Of a stretch of 24,505 nt of DNA, positions 6,562-16,360 are shown piece by piece. Each line of letters starts with the position of its first letter. The first letter of the stretch is position 1. Origin of the DNA: a virus (taxonomy: Duplodnaviria > Heunggongvirae > Uroviricota > Caudoviricetes); IMG/VR virus record IMGVR_UViG_2548876862_000002, positions 1 to 24,505 of that record; one strand, written 5' to 3'. The position numbers and the translations under genes were made by a program. Below the pieces are notes generated by a model, which was given only the letters and a program-made list of their open reading frames with translations, did no database searches and had not been told where the DNA came from.

Positions 6562-9071
6562 TGCGGAATATCTCCGGAGAATCTCTGACGCTTCTGTGTC
6601 AGATCAAGAACAACAGGAGAACCATCATCCTTCAGCAGATATCCAGTCCCAAGTTTTACCAGGTACTGACTATCGCCGTAACTTTGCAAACCATACTGAC
6701 CAGGCGGTGTTTTTATCCCTGTGCCGACAACTTGTTCATTCCAAGCCTGATTAACCTGCTTATCGAATTGCTCTGCAGACATTCCCCACGGCAAAAGAAC
6801 ATTCCCCATTCCGTTATAGTCATGCACGCCACCTGTAGCTACGTTAACAGCCTGTTTCCAGATATCATTGTCAATTTCGCCTGATACCACGCCTTTTTTC
6901 GCCATCACACCAGCGTAATAGTCCTTTGCGATCTCGTATGCCATTGATGCCCCCTGAGCATCACCAGCAAATGCATCCTTCACCATGTCAGAAAACTCAA
7001 GGCGAAGATCAGCATCTTTAGGCATCGGAATACCTTTCGCATCATCAGTACCTTTACGAGCCGCCGCGCCAGCAAGAATTGTCTGCGCAGCGGTTTCAGG
7101 AGACACGGAAACATCCGGATTAAACCAGTTTTTTTCTGCCAAAATACCACCAGGCTTATCCATCAGTATCCCGGCAACGGCAGCAGATGGAGCGTTGGCA
7201 CTGATCTGCTGTAGTGCTGACATATACACCTGCCCACCGCCAGTGCTTTGCCTGATGGTATCGAGATATGCTGCCTGTTGGGAAACGGGCGCATCACGAA
7301 AGAAAACACCGATCTGATTGGCCTCGTCTTTGGAAAAGAACGTCAGTGGAGTGCCATATGACTTGGCAAGGTCACTGACCTGAGCGGCACGCAAGGCAAC
7401 GCTCTGTCCAAAGTTATCCTTATTGCTCATGTCGATAGGCTTTGCCTGTCCGGCGGCAAGAGAGAACTGCACAGGATCCGATTGCCGCTGCTTTATCACC
7501 TGATTTGCAGCCGAAACAACGTTGTCATAAAGAGCTGCGCGTGCAGCATACCCCTCCCCTGTCTCACCAGTATCCGGGCGTAATTGCTCAACATATGCTG
7601 TAATGCTGCTTGTCGGCATGTTGCGGAAAGAACCTATATACTGTCCGGCGATCTGCGTATTCTTAAACTCGGTATATCGCAGGTTTCCTTCTCTGACACC
7701 ATAAGCTGCAATAAAATCATCCTCACCAGGTGGGTTAGGAAATTCAACGCCACGCATATACGCAGCTGTCGCATCACGAACCTGGCTGTCAATCATCGTT
7801 TTATATTCAGCCTGCTGCTGCCGACGCAGTTGATCCGCCTGTCGCATAAAACTTGCCTGAGCCTCAGGAGATGCCGCATCGAATGCTGCATTACCGGTAT
7901 AGCGTTTGGTGTTGGTTGGAATTGTTGATAAACCAAGTGCTGCACTGACACCAGCAGTTAACTGCTGATCACTGTATGGCTGACTACCGTTCTCATGATG
8001 GATAATGGCTGCACAAAGCGCCTTCAGGGTATCAGGATTTGATGCATCGAGAGGCTCATCAGCAGAAACGCCAAGTTGTTCGCACACTGCTTTGATATAC
8101 GACATAGTGTCATTTTTATCAGTAGGCGGTGCCCAGCGATTAATTATCTCGCTGACGGTATCGATACCCTGCCGCTGATACGACATCAGGTTACGCCCTA
8201 ATGCACGAATCCCGTGCTCAGGTGTTTCGAATTTAGCAAATCGACCATCATCACCGGTCTGGCCTACCCACGGATTAGTTTTGCTGTATTCGAGATTTCC
8301 TGGGTTATTGTTGCGTATGCCACGGGCACGCTCGGAAGAGTCATTATCTGCTACAGCACGGCGAGCTCCAGCAGCAGTATCACTTAACTCGCCATTACTT
8401 TGGATGAATGCGGTCGCATTGCTTGCCGACCACTGGGACAATGCGGCATCAGCAACCTTCTCTTTAAACTCGATTTTCTTGGCCTGTATTTGCTCGTCGC
8501 TCCAGCCATGCGCAACGCCGTAATCCTCAATTTGCTGGAAAGTTTGCTTATTAGCCAATACGTATGCGGCGTTGTCGCCATACAATGCTGCGGCATTTTT
8601 ACCATTGTTCAGCAGCGTCGCCTGAAGCTGGCCTTCTTCGTAGGCATTTATTTGCCCTATCTCGTGCCGCCCGGCCTGCGTAGTGAACTGAATACGCTGC
8701 TGCTGCGCCTGTTGCATGAAAGCATTACGAGCCTGTTCATCCGGCAGCGACATAGCCAGTTGTTCGATCTGAGCATCAAACTGCTGCGTATACTCCTGAC
8801 CTTTTCCAATAGCATTTTTCCCTTTCAGGTTAAGCAAACCTGTTTCAGGGTTATTCAACAGATCGCTGCTTATCTGGCTTAAGCTAAGAGAAGCATCCTG
8901 AGCCATAGCAACATTCGCACGCTGTTTTGCCTGCGCAACAATACCTGCATATTGCTCTGCAACATCGCCAAGTACATCACCGACATTTGGTGTCTGAAAC
9001 GATGAGAATCCCTGAGTCGAAATCCCTCTGCTCTGAACCTGACGGCCCGATGTTGTTGGTACAACTGGCAT
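6558..9071 (-). CDS. Internal virion protein, 837 aa, with a conserved RNNNPGNLEY...WAPP...NDT motif region (possible cell-wall-active domain)
   Basis: The track ORF runs to 9146, but the ATG at 9071 has SD GGAGG at spacing about 7 and overlaps the upstream TAA (TAATG), so 9071 is the preferred start. It sits in the T7 gp15/gp16-like position. Confidence 0.6.
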   Translation of the reverse strand: MPVVPTTSGRQVQSRGISTQGFSSFQTPNVGDVLGDVAEQYAGIVAQAKQRANVAMAQDASLSLSQISSDLLNNPETGLLNLKGKNAIGKGQEYTQQFDAQIEQLAMSLPDEQARNAFMQQAQQQRIQFTTQAGRHEIGQINAYEEGQLQATLLNNGKNAAALYGDNAAYVLANKQTFQQIEDYGVAHGWSDEQIQAKKIEFKEKVADAALSQWSASNATAFIQSNGELSDTAAGARRAVADNDSSERARGIRNNNPGNLEYSKTNPWVGQTGDDGRFAKFETPEHGIRALGRNLMSYQRQGIDTVSEIINRWAPPTDKNDTMSYIKAVCEQLGVSADEPLDASNPDTLKALCAAIIHHENGSQPYSDQQLTAGVSAALGLSTIPTNTKRYTGNAAFDAASPEAQASFMRQADQLRRQQQAEYKTMIDSQVRDATAAYMRGVEFPNPPGEDDFIAAYGVREGNLRYTEFKNTQIAGQYIGSFRNMPTSSITAYVEQLRPDTGETGEGYAARAALYDNVVSAANQVIKQRQSDPVQFSLAAGQAKPIDMSNKDNFGQSVALRAAQVSDLAKSYGTPLTFFSKDEANQIGVFFRDAPVSQQAAYLDTIRQSTGGGQVYMSALQQISANAPSAAVAGILMDKPGGILAEKNWFNPDVSVSPETAAQTILAGAAARKGTDDAKGIPMPKDADLRLEFSDMVKDAFAGDAQGASMAYEIAKDYYAGVMAKKGVVSGEIDNDIWKQAVNVATGGVHDYNGMGNVLLPWGMSAEQFDKQVNQAWNEQVVGTGIKTPPGQYGLQSYGDSQYLVKLGTGYLLKDDGSPVVLDLTQKRQRFSGDIPQ

Positions 9072-9616
9072 TATAATCCTCCGGGTAATCTGGTTCCTGC
9101 TGCTGCCCCGATTGGCGCAGGAGTGCTTTGAGTAAACGGACTCCACGTCCCACCAAACATCTGGTACGCACCGTATGCCTTCAGAGGCGCAGTGAGCAAT
9201 GTTGTTGCTGCTCCCACATTCCCCTGTTTACGGGCTGAACTGGCTTCTGCTTTATAGTTGGCAGCCTGAACCTGATAACCGTAAGCCTCGCGTTGCGCGT
9301 TATTCACCGTCGTCAGCGAATCAAGAGCGCCAAACTGGGCAGTGTCGCCAAATATATCCAGCGCGTTACCTGTAGATAAATCAGCGCCGGTAGCCCCCAT
9401 TGTCGCCGCCTGTGTACCAAGCCGCTGTCGGGTCTCTCTGCGCCGTTGCTCAGCTTCAGCGTTACCTCTGTTTATTGCATCATTTGCCTGAGCTGTGGCT
9501 ATATCTGCGTTCGCTTCTGCAACCTTCGAGGCATACTTTCCCTGTTGGTACTGGGTGTATGCCTGAATGCCACTCATGGCGAGCATTGCGCCACCAGCAA
9601 TAACCGGATCGCACAT
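9071..9616 (-). CDS. Internal virion protein (gp14-like position), 181 aa, Ala/Gln-rich
   Basis: ATG at 9616 overlapping the upstream stop (TAATG). Size and position match a T7 gp14-like protein. Confidence 0.55.
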   Translation of the reverse strand: MCDPVIAGGAMLAMSGIQAYTQYQQGKYASKVAEANADIATAQANDAINRGNAEAEQRRRETRQRLGTQAATMGATGADLSTGNALDIFGDTAQFGALDSLTTVNNAQREAYGYQVQAANYKAEASSARKQGNVGAATTLLTAPLKAYGAYQMFGGTWSPFTQSTPAPIGAAAGTRLPGGL

Positions 9617-10080
9617 TATTTTCTCTCCATGTGAAATCTGTGGAAATTAAGACCAAGAGCACCATAAGGCGCGGCTTCTTCAAGCCTGAATCCAAGCCAG
9701 TGCAGCCATGCTTTGGCAACATGGTTTCGCTCGTCAACGTAGTTTTCCAGGCGCGGATAAACTGCCAGCATCAGCTGCAATACAGGGCGGCAGTGGCGAA
9801 GAAATGTCTTCTGATATTTTTCAATACGGCTGGTTCCGACCAGCCAGGGTGTACCATTGCCACCGATCATTGACGCCGGAGATACACCAAACATGGTTAC
9901 CAGTTCTCCGTTCGCGAACCCTGACCAGGCCATAGTCGCAGTGCGAAGACCAACACGCAGCGCATCTTCGGTAGTCATCAGTGATACCGCATACAGTTCG
10001 TCAATATCAGCCTGACGAACATCCGGCAAAATCATCTGAAGATGCTCTTCGGTAGCGGGAATAATTTGAACATCGATCAT
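9616..10080 (-). CDS. Small internal virion protein (gp13-like position), 154 aa
   Basis: ATG at 10080 overlapping the stop of the upstream gene (TGATG). Positional inference. Confidence 0.5.
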   Translation of the reverse strand: MIDVQIIPATEEHLQMILPDVRQADIDELYAVSLMTTEDALRVGLRTATMAWSGFANGELVTMFGVSPASMIGGNGTPWLVGTSRIEKYQKTFLRHCRPVLQLMLAVYPRLENYVDERNHVAKAWLHWLGFRLEEAAPYGALGLNFHRFHMERK

Positions 10081-12551
10081 CAGAATCCCCCAACAGTAAG
10101 GCGAGGAATAACGGCAAGAACAGACAGCGGCAACGGGTCAAGCTGACGGATTCTTACACGTCCGTTTTTGCCCCAGTTACTGTCCAGTTTCACTTCTACT
10201 TTTCCGGTAGCGTCATCAACAGGATCATCGTAGAACTCGAATTCACGCTGTGGATATTCGTACCATTTACCGCCAGGCGTAGTCGCCCAGATGCCGCGAC
10301 TGGCATTCACAACCAGAGTAACGGAGGGGATCACCTGTTTTTTGTCCAGCAGAGTTTCCTGTCCGTTAATGTTGATATCCAGTGTTTCGAATTCAGCAGT
10401 TATTGGCAGGCCGATGTGCACTACAGCCCCCGGATATTCCAGTGTGACGGCACCTCCGGAAACAACTTTCTGTGGCTCAACATTCGCATCAGAAAGAATG
10501 TTTACGGTCTGGCCCTCAAGATGAGACAGGCCTCCAAATATCCGGCGCGCCATCTGCCAGTTCGTGGTGTCCACATTCCTGAGGGATGGCGGGACGTTCC
10601 TGTTAGCACGAACCACTACAGCGGTATTGCTGGTTACAGAAATAATGTCGCAACGTAATTTTTTTGACACTTCATCGCCAGTATCAGGATCGGTTCCGGT
10701 ATAAGGAAACTGTAGTTGCGCACCAACATCACTACTGGTGAAGTACGCACCACCAGAAACACTGATTGTATATTCCGCGCGGTAATCCCATTCGCCAGAA
10801 CCACCAGTGATGATCATCGTTCTGTCAGACGTATTTCTTCCATCATAGCTAAGGCCAGAATCAACAAAGAAAGCATCTTCATCGCTGGTAAATAAACGGC
10901 TGGACAGTCGCTCGATGTATCTCACTGTTTGCCCGTTAACGGTTCGGTTAACGACGAAATACACCGCATCTTCATTGCCTTCGCTGATACTGCACGTGCT
11001 TTCATATTTTCCGGTACTGGACTGTGGTGCCCATGCAAAAACCTGTTGATCACGCAAATAGGTCATCACCAGTAATTTACCGTCATCACGAATGCAGAAG
11101 GCGCTGGAGTAAGGGACAATCGAGAAGCACCAGTCAACAATGCTGTGCTTCTGAAAAAGATGATTGGCAAGGATGGTCAGGTCGTTCCCCTGATAGCCGT
11201 CAACATCGAATGAGTAGGCCAGATCACGGACAACACTGCCTTTCTCCTGGACGAACAGAGCAATATTCGCCACGGCAATTGGTGGGACATTGCTCGAGCC
11301 ATTTGATCCCTGAGAGCTGAATGCAAATGATGATGGGGTTAATACTTTGTTCTGGTCGCCGGTGATGACGTACTCACCTCCGGAAGTCAGCGCCACCAAC
11401 GAACCAACATCAATCAGGTGGCGGATCTCATTAACCTGACGCCCGGCATAGGTGTAGATAATTCTGTCGTCATCCTGCGTAGGATTGCTTTTGCCAAAAT
11501 CCTTATAATCCCCAGTACGGCTGGCCCAGATAGTCTGAGGGAACGCTGTCGATGCGGCGAAGTAAAGACGTTGTTGATAATAAACAACAGTGCCAGGATA
11601 ACCGTTAACACTATTCCAGGCATATTTAGCCCATTTATAGCTGGCATTATCCTCGCCAACTACCTGCGAAGGGATATAGGAAATCACCTCAGCAGTTGCA
11701 GTAGTTCCATTTGCAGCAGAGATACGGGCAATGCCAAAACCACTGTGCAGATACTCCCACTCAATGCCAGTATCATCATCACCGGATCCGCCCCAGCCAT
11801 CCCATGATGTTCCTTCTGTATGCGAAGGGCGCAAAGTGCCTGTTTTGCCTGCTGTAACGGCGCGATAGTAGTTACTGTCTGCACGGCGAATATCGCCAAT
11901 CGACGTACTCTTACTGGTTTCCCATACCGGCACTGAATCCACTGCAGGCTGTTCCAGATAGAACAATTTGCCTACCTGCTCCGCGCCAAAAATAGAGGCG
12001 CTTGCCGTTAACGTAATTGTCCCGGTGCTGTCGCTGGCATAAACCGTCACTGACTCGTCAATATTGATATCTTCAAATGGCCCGTTCTTCGTTACCACAT
12101 CAACCAGTTGCCAGTTGTCATGCGCATAGCGGCGCAACTCTTTCGGCGGGTATGCCGGGTGAACCAGCGTAAGAACGTCGGCGCTTTGCGTGAATTTAAT
12201 TCGGAACAGATCGGCTTCAGTATATGGCGTGGCAATTTCATAAATAACATTGCTGCTGTTCAGCACCAACGCACCATCTTTGATAACGCGCATGTACTGG
12301 TGTCCGAACTCCAGAGCATAGGTCTGAACAGTCGAGAACTGGAACGGGATCAGGCGGCATTTCCGATTTGGGTATTTGGCGGCACCGACAAAACGCGTAC
12401 CAGGTCGATTCTCAACGCCGCCATACTGCCGCACGATAAAGTTATCGCACTTGCGCAATGCCACCTGGTACTTCGCCATGTCGATACGACCGTACAACGA
12501 CGGTCCAATCTCACCACCGGCAAAGCTGGGCTGGATCCAACTGATAGCCAT
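10080..12551 (-). CDS. Tail tubular protein B-like (nozzle), 823 aa
   Basis: ATG at 12551 overlapping the upstream stop. A large protein immediately after the tail tubular A-like gene, matching T7 gp12 in size (about 800 aa) and position. Confidence 0.6.
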   Translation of the reverse strand: MAISWIQPSFAGGEIGPSLYGRIDMAKYQVALRKCDNFIVRQYGGVENRPGTRFVGAAKYPNRKCRLIPFQFSTVQTYALEFGHQYMRVIKDGALVLNSSNVIYEIATPYTEADLFRIKFTQSADVLTLVHPAYPPKELRRYAHDNWQLVDVVTKNGPFEDINIDESVTVYASDSTGTITLTASASIFGAEQVGKLFYLEQPAVDSVPVWETSKSTSIGDIRRADSNYYRAVTAGKTGTLRPSHTEGTSWDGWGGSGDDDTGIEWEYLHSGFGIARISAANGTTATAEVISYIPSQVVGEDNASYKWAKYAWNSVNGYPGTVVYYQQRLYFAASTAFPQTIWASRTGDYKDFGKSNPTQDDDRIIYTYAGRQVNEIRHLIDVGSLVALTSGGEYVITGDQNKVLTPSSFAFSSQGSNGSSNVPPIAVANIALFVQEKGSVVRDLAYSFDVDGYQGNDLTILANHLFQKHSIVDWCFSIVPYSSAFCIRDDGKLLVMTYLRDQQVFAWAPQSSTGKYESTCSISEGNEDAVYFVVNRTVNGQTVRYIERLSSRLFTSDEDAFFVDSGLSYDGRNTSDRTMIITGGSGEWDYRAEYTISVSGGAYFTSSDVGAQLQFPYTGTDPDTGDEVSKKLRCDIISVTSNTAVVVRANRNVPPSLRNVDTTNWQMARRIFGGLSHLEGQTVNILSDANVEPQKVVSGGAVTLEYPGAVVHIGLPITAEFETLDININGQETLLDKKQVIPSVTLVVNASRGIWATTPGGKWYEYPQREFEFYDDPVDDATGKVEVKLDSNWGKNGRVRIRQLDPLPLSVLAVIPRLTVGGF

Positions 12552-13156
12552 CAGGACAACCTCGCAATGGTAAACTCGTCAACCGGTGGCTGTGGTTCCT
12601 GTGATTCATTCTGGCTATGCGAGCCAGCACTAAGAATCACGCGATTGTACATATTGAGGGCAAACGTACCGAGGTCTGCATTCCCAGTCAGCGCCATGTT
12701 AATAGCTGCCGCAAGACGCCAGGCCAACGCCTCCATAAAAATGGCATCAAACATGTTCACATCTGAAACGCGAGATACATACTTGAGCCATGCCTGCGGC
12801 TGGTCTGTGTAGATCAACTTTCCTGTTCCGTTGGTGTCTGCACCAACTTCGTACTGAACGCGCATTGCTGCTGTTGGATTGCGTACACCAGGAAGCATAA
12901 TTTCAGTAATGCGCAGACAATCGGACGGGTACTGGTACGCATATTCCCAGTCAGGCGGTGGATTGCTCGTATCTGCAAGCGCCACGCGTTTGGTAGCAAA
13001 GTTCCAGTCAAAATCAGAAAGCACAGCATCACGGCAGGCCTCAAAGTGCAGCGAACATTCCCCCGCTTCCTTGCTGGCTTCCGTCAGGCTGTTAATGCTG
13101 CGGCTGTTGCCAATATTGGACAGCGCACGATTGCAGATCTCTACTACAGAGGCCAT
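12551..13156 (-). CDS. Tail tubular protein A-like (gatekeeper/adaptor), 201 aa
   Basis: ATG at 13156 overlapping the upstream stop (TAATG). Size and the N-terminal pattern (ALSNIG...) are similar to T7 gp11 as recalled from memory. Confidence 0.5.
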   Translation of the reverse strand: MASVVEICNRALSNIGNSRSINSLTEASKEAGECSLHFEACRDAVLSDFDWNFATKRVALADTSNPPPDWEYAYQYPSDCLRITEIMLPGVRNPTAAMRVQYEVGADTNGTGKLIYTDQPQAWLKYVSRVSDVNMFDAIFMEALAWRLAAAINMALTGNADLGTFALNMYNRVILSAGSHSQNESQEPQPPVDEFTIARLS

Positions 13157-13479
13157 TACTCACCCCCATTGCCGTACAGAGTTTCAGCCGCTGATTTTTC
13201 TACATCACCGGAAACAGGAGCGATTGCCATATCAGTGATCTGCAGATCGGCGCTGCGATTAACACCATCGTCAGTTTCTCTGGCAGACAGGCCTCGAATA
13301 ACAGCCTTTGCAGTTATCATCACTTCTGTTCCGACGCCCTGAGGTTGCGCCTTCAGCTTATTCAATGTGTCGTTATTCAGCGTGATGCACAGCCCCCACG
13401 GGTATTCATCGCGAGTTCTGGTTTCCCCGCTCTCATCCTGGTAGCTGTCAGTGCCGGTTTTGAGGTTTACGAGTTCCAT
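13156..13479 (-). CDS. Hypothetical virion protein (about 107 aa), possibly head-tail joining
   Basis: The track start at 13485 is GTG; the ATG at 13479 has SD AGGAG at spacing 6. Acidic protein. Confidence 0.5.
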   Translation of the reverse strand: MELVNLKTGTDSYQDESGETRTRDEYPWGLCITLNNDTLNKLKAQPQGVGTEVMITAKAVIRGLSARETDDGVNRSADLQITDMAIAPVSGDVEKSAAETLYGNGGE

Positions 13480-13529
13480 ATACACTCCTGCAATAAAGGG
13501 GCCGAAGCCCCTTGTCTGATTCGCGAGGC

Positions 13530-13865
13530 TTACACGCCCAGTTCTTTACGCTTATCTGCGATCTTCTCGCGGAGCGTTTCGGCTTTGGCGTTATGGTGTG
13601 GCCTCTCGTTAAAGAGCAATTCGTACTCTTCACGGAGCTTATCCAGTTCACCATCATCTGACACATCGTTGATGATTTTGGTGCTGGTTGCTGCCATTGA
13701 CACCTTTCCTGCAACTTTTGCTTTTGCCTGTCTGGCTGCATCGTTAACAGGTTCCAGTGCGCTACCAGGCTCACCTTCGTATTCGATTTCTGCCCCCTCC
13801 GGCCACAGAGTGTTATGGATATGAGAGAGGCGCAGAACGCGGTATCTTGGTTTCTCACCTGACAT
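13530..13865 (-). CDS. Hypothetical virion protein (about 111 aa), charged, helix-rich C-terminus
   Basis: The track start at 13874 is GTG; the in-frame ATG at 13865 has SD AAGGTGA at spacing about 7. Confidence 0.5.
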   Translation of the reverse strand: MSGEKPRYRVLRLSHIHNTLWPEGAEIEYEGEPGSALEPVNDAARQAKAKVAGKVSMAATSTKIINDVSDDGELDKLREEYELLFNERPHHNAKAETLREKIADKRKELGV

Positions 13866-13875
13866 CAATATCACC

Positions 13876-14313
13876 TTAACTAGTTACTTTTGAGCGGATC
13901 GGATACGGCGTATTGGCATCAACATCAAGACTGATACCCGCAGTGAATTCGCCAGCCGTTAGTGGGCCAGTTGCGACGGAGTAGTTAACACGCAGATATC
14001 GCTGAACACCGGCAGGCACCTTTGCAGAAACAACTCGTTTACCTGCTGTCAGGGCGGTCTTTGCCAGTGCGCCACTATCATAAATAGTGGTCCATGAGCT
14101 GTTATTCTCACTCGTCTGCAACTGGATGTTTACAGTTGCATCACCGCTTGCCGCGGCGGCTGTGTTAACCAGCGCCCAAAACTCAAGCGGGTAACCCACG
14201 CCGATATCACGACGTTTTCCGTCAATTGGACCGAGATCGATTACGTCAGTAGAAGCCGCGGTATCAGTTACCGCCTGTGCTTCGGAGAACATCAACAGTT
14301 TGTCGGTGATCAT
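13876..14313 (-). CDS. Putative capsid decoration / cement protein, 145 aa
   Basis: ATG at 14313 with SD GGAG at spacing 8. It lies immediately downstream of the major capsid gene. Ala/Thr/Val/Gly-rich composition. Function is inferred from position only. Confidence 0.45.
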   Translation of the reverse strand: MITDKLLMFSEAQAVTDTAASTDVIDLGPIDGKRRDIGVGYPLEFWALVNTAAAASGDATVNIQLQTSENNSSWTTIYDSGALAKTALTAGKRVVSAKVPAGVQRYLRVNYSVATGPLTAGEFTAGISLDVDANTPYPIRSKVTS

Positions 14314-14364
14314 CTTCTTTCTCCATTAGTGGGTCTGTTACGACCCACAGGTTAATAACAGGCG

Positions 14365-15357
14365 TTACACCACGCGGGCTTCTGTTTCCAGGAGCGCATC
14401 AGTTTCACGGATTGGTACACCACGGACTGAAGTCCACCACTCGCCTTCAGTCTCTTTTACGCTGATAGCCAGAGATGTTTTCTCCAGAGATTGCAGATCA
14501 AGAGCCTCGCCTACAGTGCGGTTCATGTAGAACACCGGGCGACCCATGCCACGGTTTGGGATGCGATGCAGTGCTTTAACCATCAACTTCGCAATATTTG
14601 CGGCAGAGGAAGGTTCTGAAAGATTGCTGACATCGATGTTTGCAATGCGAACAACATAACGCCAGTCACGCAGAGCAAGTCCGTTGTCCCATTTGTAATG
14701 GGTACGGTAGCCTTCGTACTTGCCGCCATTCACATCTTCCAGTGTCACCTGGCCTTTATCTTCCATCTGGATGCCAGCCTTCTGCCCTTTCGGGAAGATG
14801 CCATGCACGGTGTTTTCGCCCCACACCACTAACCAGATTGAGGTGTTATCTGTACCCGTGCCACCAGCATCAATGATGTTCTGAGCATTACCCGCAGACA
14901 GGCTGGAATAGCGGGAGGACAGTCCCATAAACTGCTGAGGGTTAACGCTGGAATCACCATAAAACAACGTCTGCGCCATCTGTTGATTCATCGCTTCAAT
15001 AAATGCGCGGTCTTCAGACAGGCGGAATTCGGCGGTATTACCGTTCAGATCAGCCAGTGACTTATCGACTTCAGCATAGGTTTCCAGCATTCCAACGGAA
15101 TCGGTGACCTGCACTGTGGTTGATTTGCTTGGCTGTACGCCATAGTTCAGCAAACGCCAGGTGGCTGAAGGTAAACCAGAACGAATGGTGGTTCGGTGTC
15201 CGGTAGGAAGGTTCCCTTCGACAAAAGGCATATCCTGAAGGATCGGGTTAGTTTGACCGAGAAGCTCGATAATCTTATCGACTTTCCCGTTTGGATCGAC
15301 GCGCTTACCCCAGTCAGCCAGCGTTAGCGCAGTTAAGCCTTTAACAGCCATTGTCAT
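14365..15357 (-). CDS. Major capsid protein, 330 aa
   Basis: ATG at 15357. Follows the scaffold gene and precedes the decoration-like gene. Size is typical for podovirus major capsid proteins. Confidence 0.7.
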   Translation of the reverse strand: MTMAVKGLTALTLADWGKRVDPNGKVDKIIELLGQTNPILQDMPFVEGNLPTGHRTTIRSGLPSATWRLLNYGVQPSKSTTVQVTDSVGMLETYAEVDKSLADLNGNTAEFRLSEDRAFIEAMNQQMAQTLFYGDSSVNPQQFMGLSSRYSSLSAGNAQNIIDAGGTGTDNTSIWLVVWGENTVHGIFPKGQKAGIQMEDKGQVTLEDVNGGKYEGYRTHYKWDNGLALRDWRYVVRIANIDVSNLSEPSSAANIAKLMVKALHRIPNRGMGRPVFYMNRTVGEALDLQSLEKTSLAISVKETEGEWWTSVRGVPIRETDALLETEARVV

Positions 15358-15365
15358 TTCCTCTC

Positions 15366-16061
15366 TTATTTGCCATAGAGCACTTCGGCCGCACTACGCT
15401 GGCCTTCATTACCACCGGTGACCATGCCATCTTCAGACATCGCCTTTCCGATTTTCACGAACGTTTTGACCAGATCAGGGTGATTACCCAGCCCGGTGGT
15501 GTTCAGATATTCTTTGAGTTCAGGTGTCCCGAACTGGTCAAGCGCACGCTGTGCGGCGCTAAGGTTAGAAATCAACTTGTCGCCACCGATTTCTTTGTCA
15601 GCTTTTACATCAGCAGCCCACTGCTCGGTTGTTTTCTGCCAGGCTTCTGCCTGGCGCTGCTGAACACCTGCCAGAATCTTCGGATAAGCATCAACCAGCT
15701 TTTGCGCTTGCTCGTTGGTCAGGTTAAGTTCTCGCGCCACCGGCTCGAATTCCTTCAACGCTTCTGTATCCAGCTCTACGCCTTCGGCAGCCTGAAACTC
15801 GTACTTCTCAGGCGCACCCTCTGGTTTATCGCCGCCCTTTTTTTCATCCTGCTTATCGTTTTCAGGCTTTTTGTCATCAGCAGGTTTATCGCCATCAGCA
15901 ACAGGTTGTGGCTTATCGCCTTCCTGTTGTGATGGTTCACCAACTGGAGCAGGGGTATCACCTGCAGGCGCTGACGGTTCTGACGCAGCCGGAGCTGCTC
16001 CACCATCGACTGGTTGCTCATTGCAAAGACGGCGATACAGCAAACGCTCAAATAAATTCAT
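15366..16061 (-). CDS. Scaffolding protein (about 231 aa), with a Pro/Ala/Asp/Lys-rich low-complexity region and helical C-terminus
   Basis: The track start at 16067 is GTG; the ATG at 16061 has SD AGGAG at spacing 7. Located between portal and capsid genes. Acidic and low-complexity. Confidence 0.55.
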   Translation of the reverse strand: MNLFERLLYRRLCNEQPVDGGAAPAASEPSAPAGDTPAPVGEPSQQEGDKPQPVADGDKPADDKKPENDKQDEKKGGDKPEGAPEKYEFQAAEGVELDTEALKEFEPVARELNLTNEQAQKLVDAYPKILAGVQQRQAEAWQKTTEQWAADVKADKEIGGDKLISNLSAAQRALDQFGTPELKEYLNTTGLGNHPDLVKTFVKIGKAMSEDGMVTGGNEGQRSAAEVLYGK

Positions 16062-16063
16062 GA

Positions 16064-16360
16064 TCACTCCTGTTCACTGGCCTCTTTGGCCATCTTCAAA
16101 TACTGTTCAGGGCAATGCGCCATAACGCGCTGAAACAGTTCCAGCGCCAGATTGCGTTGCCCCTCATTAAATGCCATTGCCATAGCGTCCATCGGTGAGA
16201 TAGCGGAAAACACACGGCCTTTCTCCAGCACCGACCAGACAACGCGACGCCCCTGTTCACTGCTCATGACAAAGCGAATGTCATCAATTTCACGCTGCGC
16301 CATGTCACGTTGCTTACGGGCGTTTTCTTCTTTCAGTTGATCGTCTTCGTAATCTGTCAT
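16064..16360 (-). CDS. Hypothetical small acidic protein, 98 aa (head-assembly associated?)
   Basis: ATG at 16360 overlapping the portal stop (ATGA). Charged, helical composition. Confidence 0.55.
   Translation of the reverse strand: MTDYEDDQLKEENARKQRDMAQREIDDIRFVMSSEQGRRVVWSVLEKGRVFSAISPMDAMAMAFNEGQRNLALELFQRVMAHCPEQYLKMAKEASEQE

Noticed and set aside
6558-9146. 862-aa track version of the internal virion protein, and the 134-aa version of 22289-22693
   Set aside because: Both extensions overlap the preceding gene by 75-145 nt, whereas internal ATGs with strong SDs give classical overlapping stop-start coupling.
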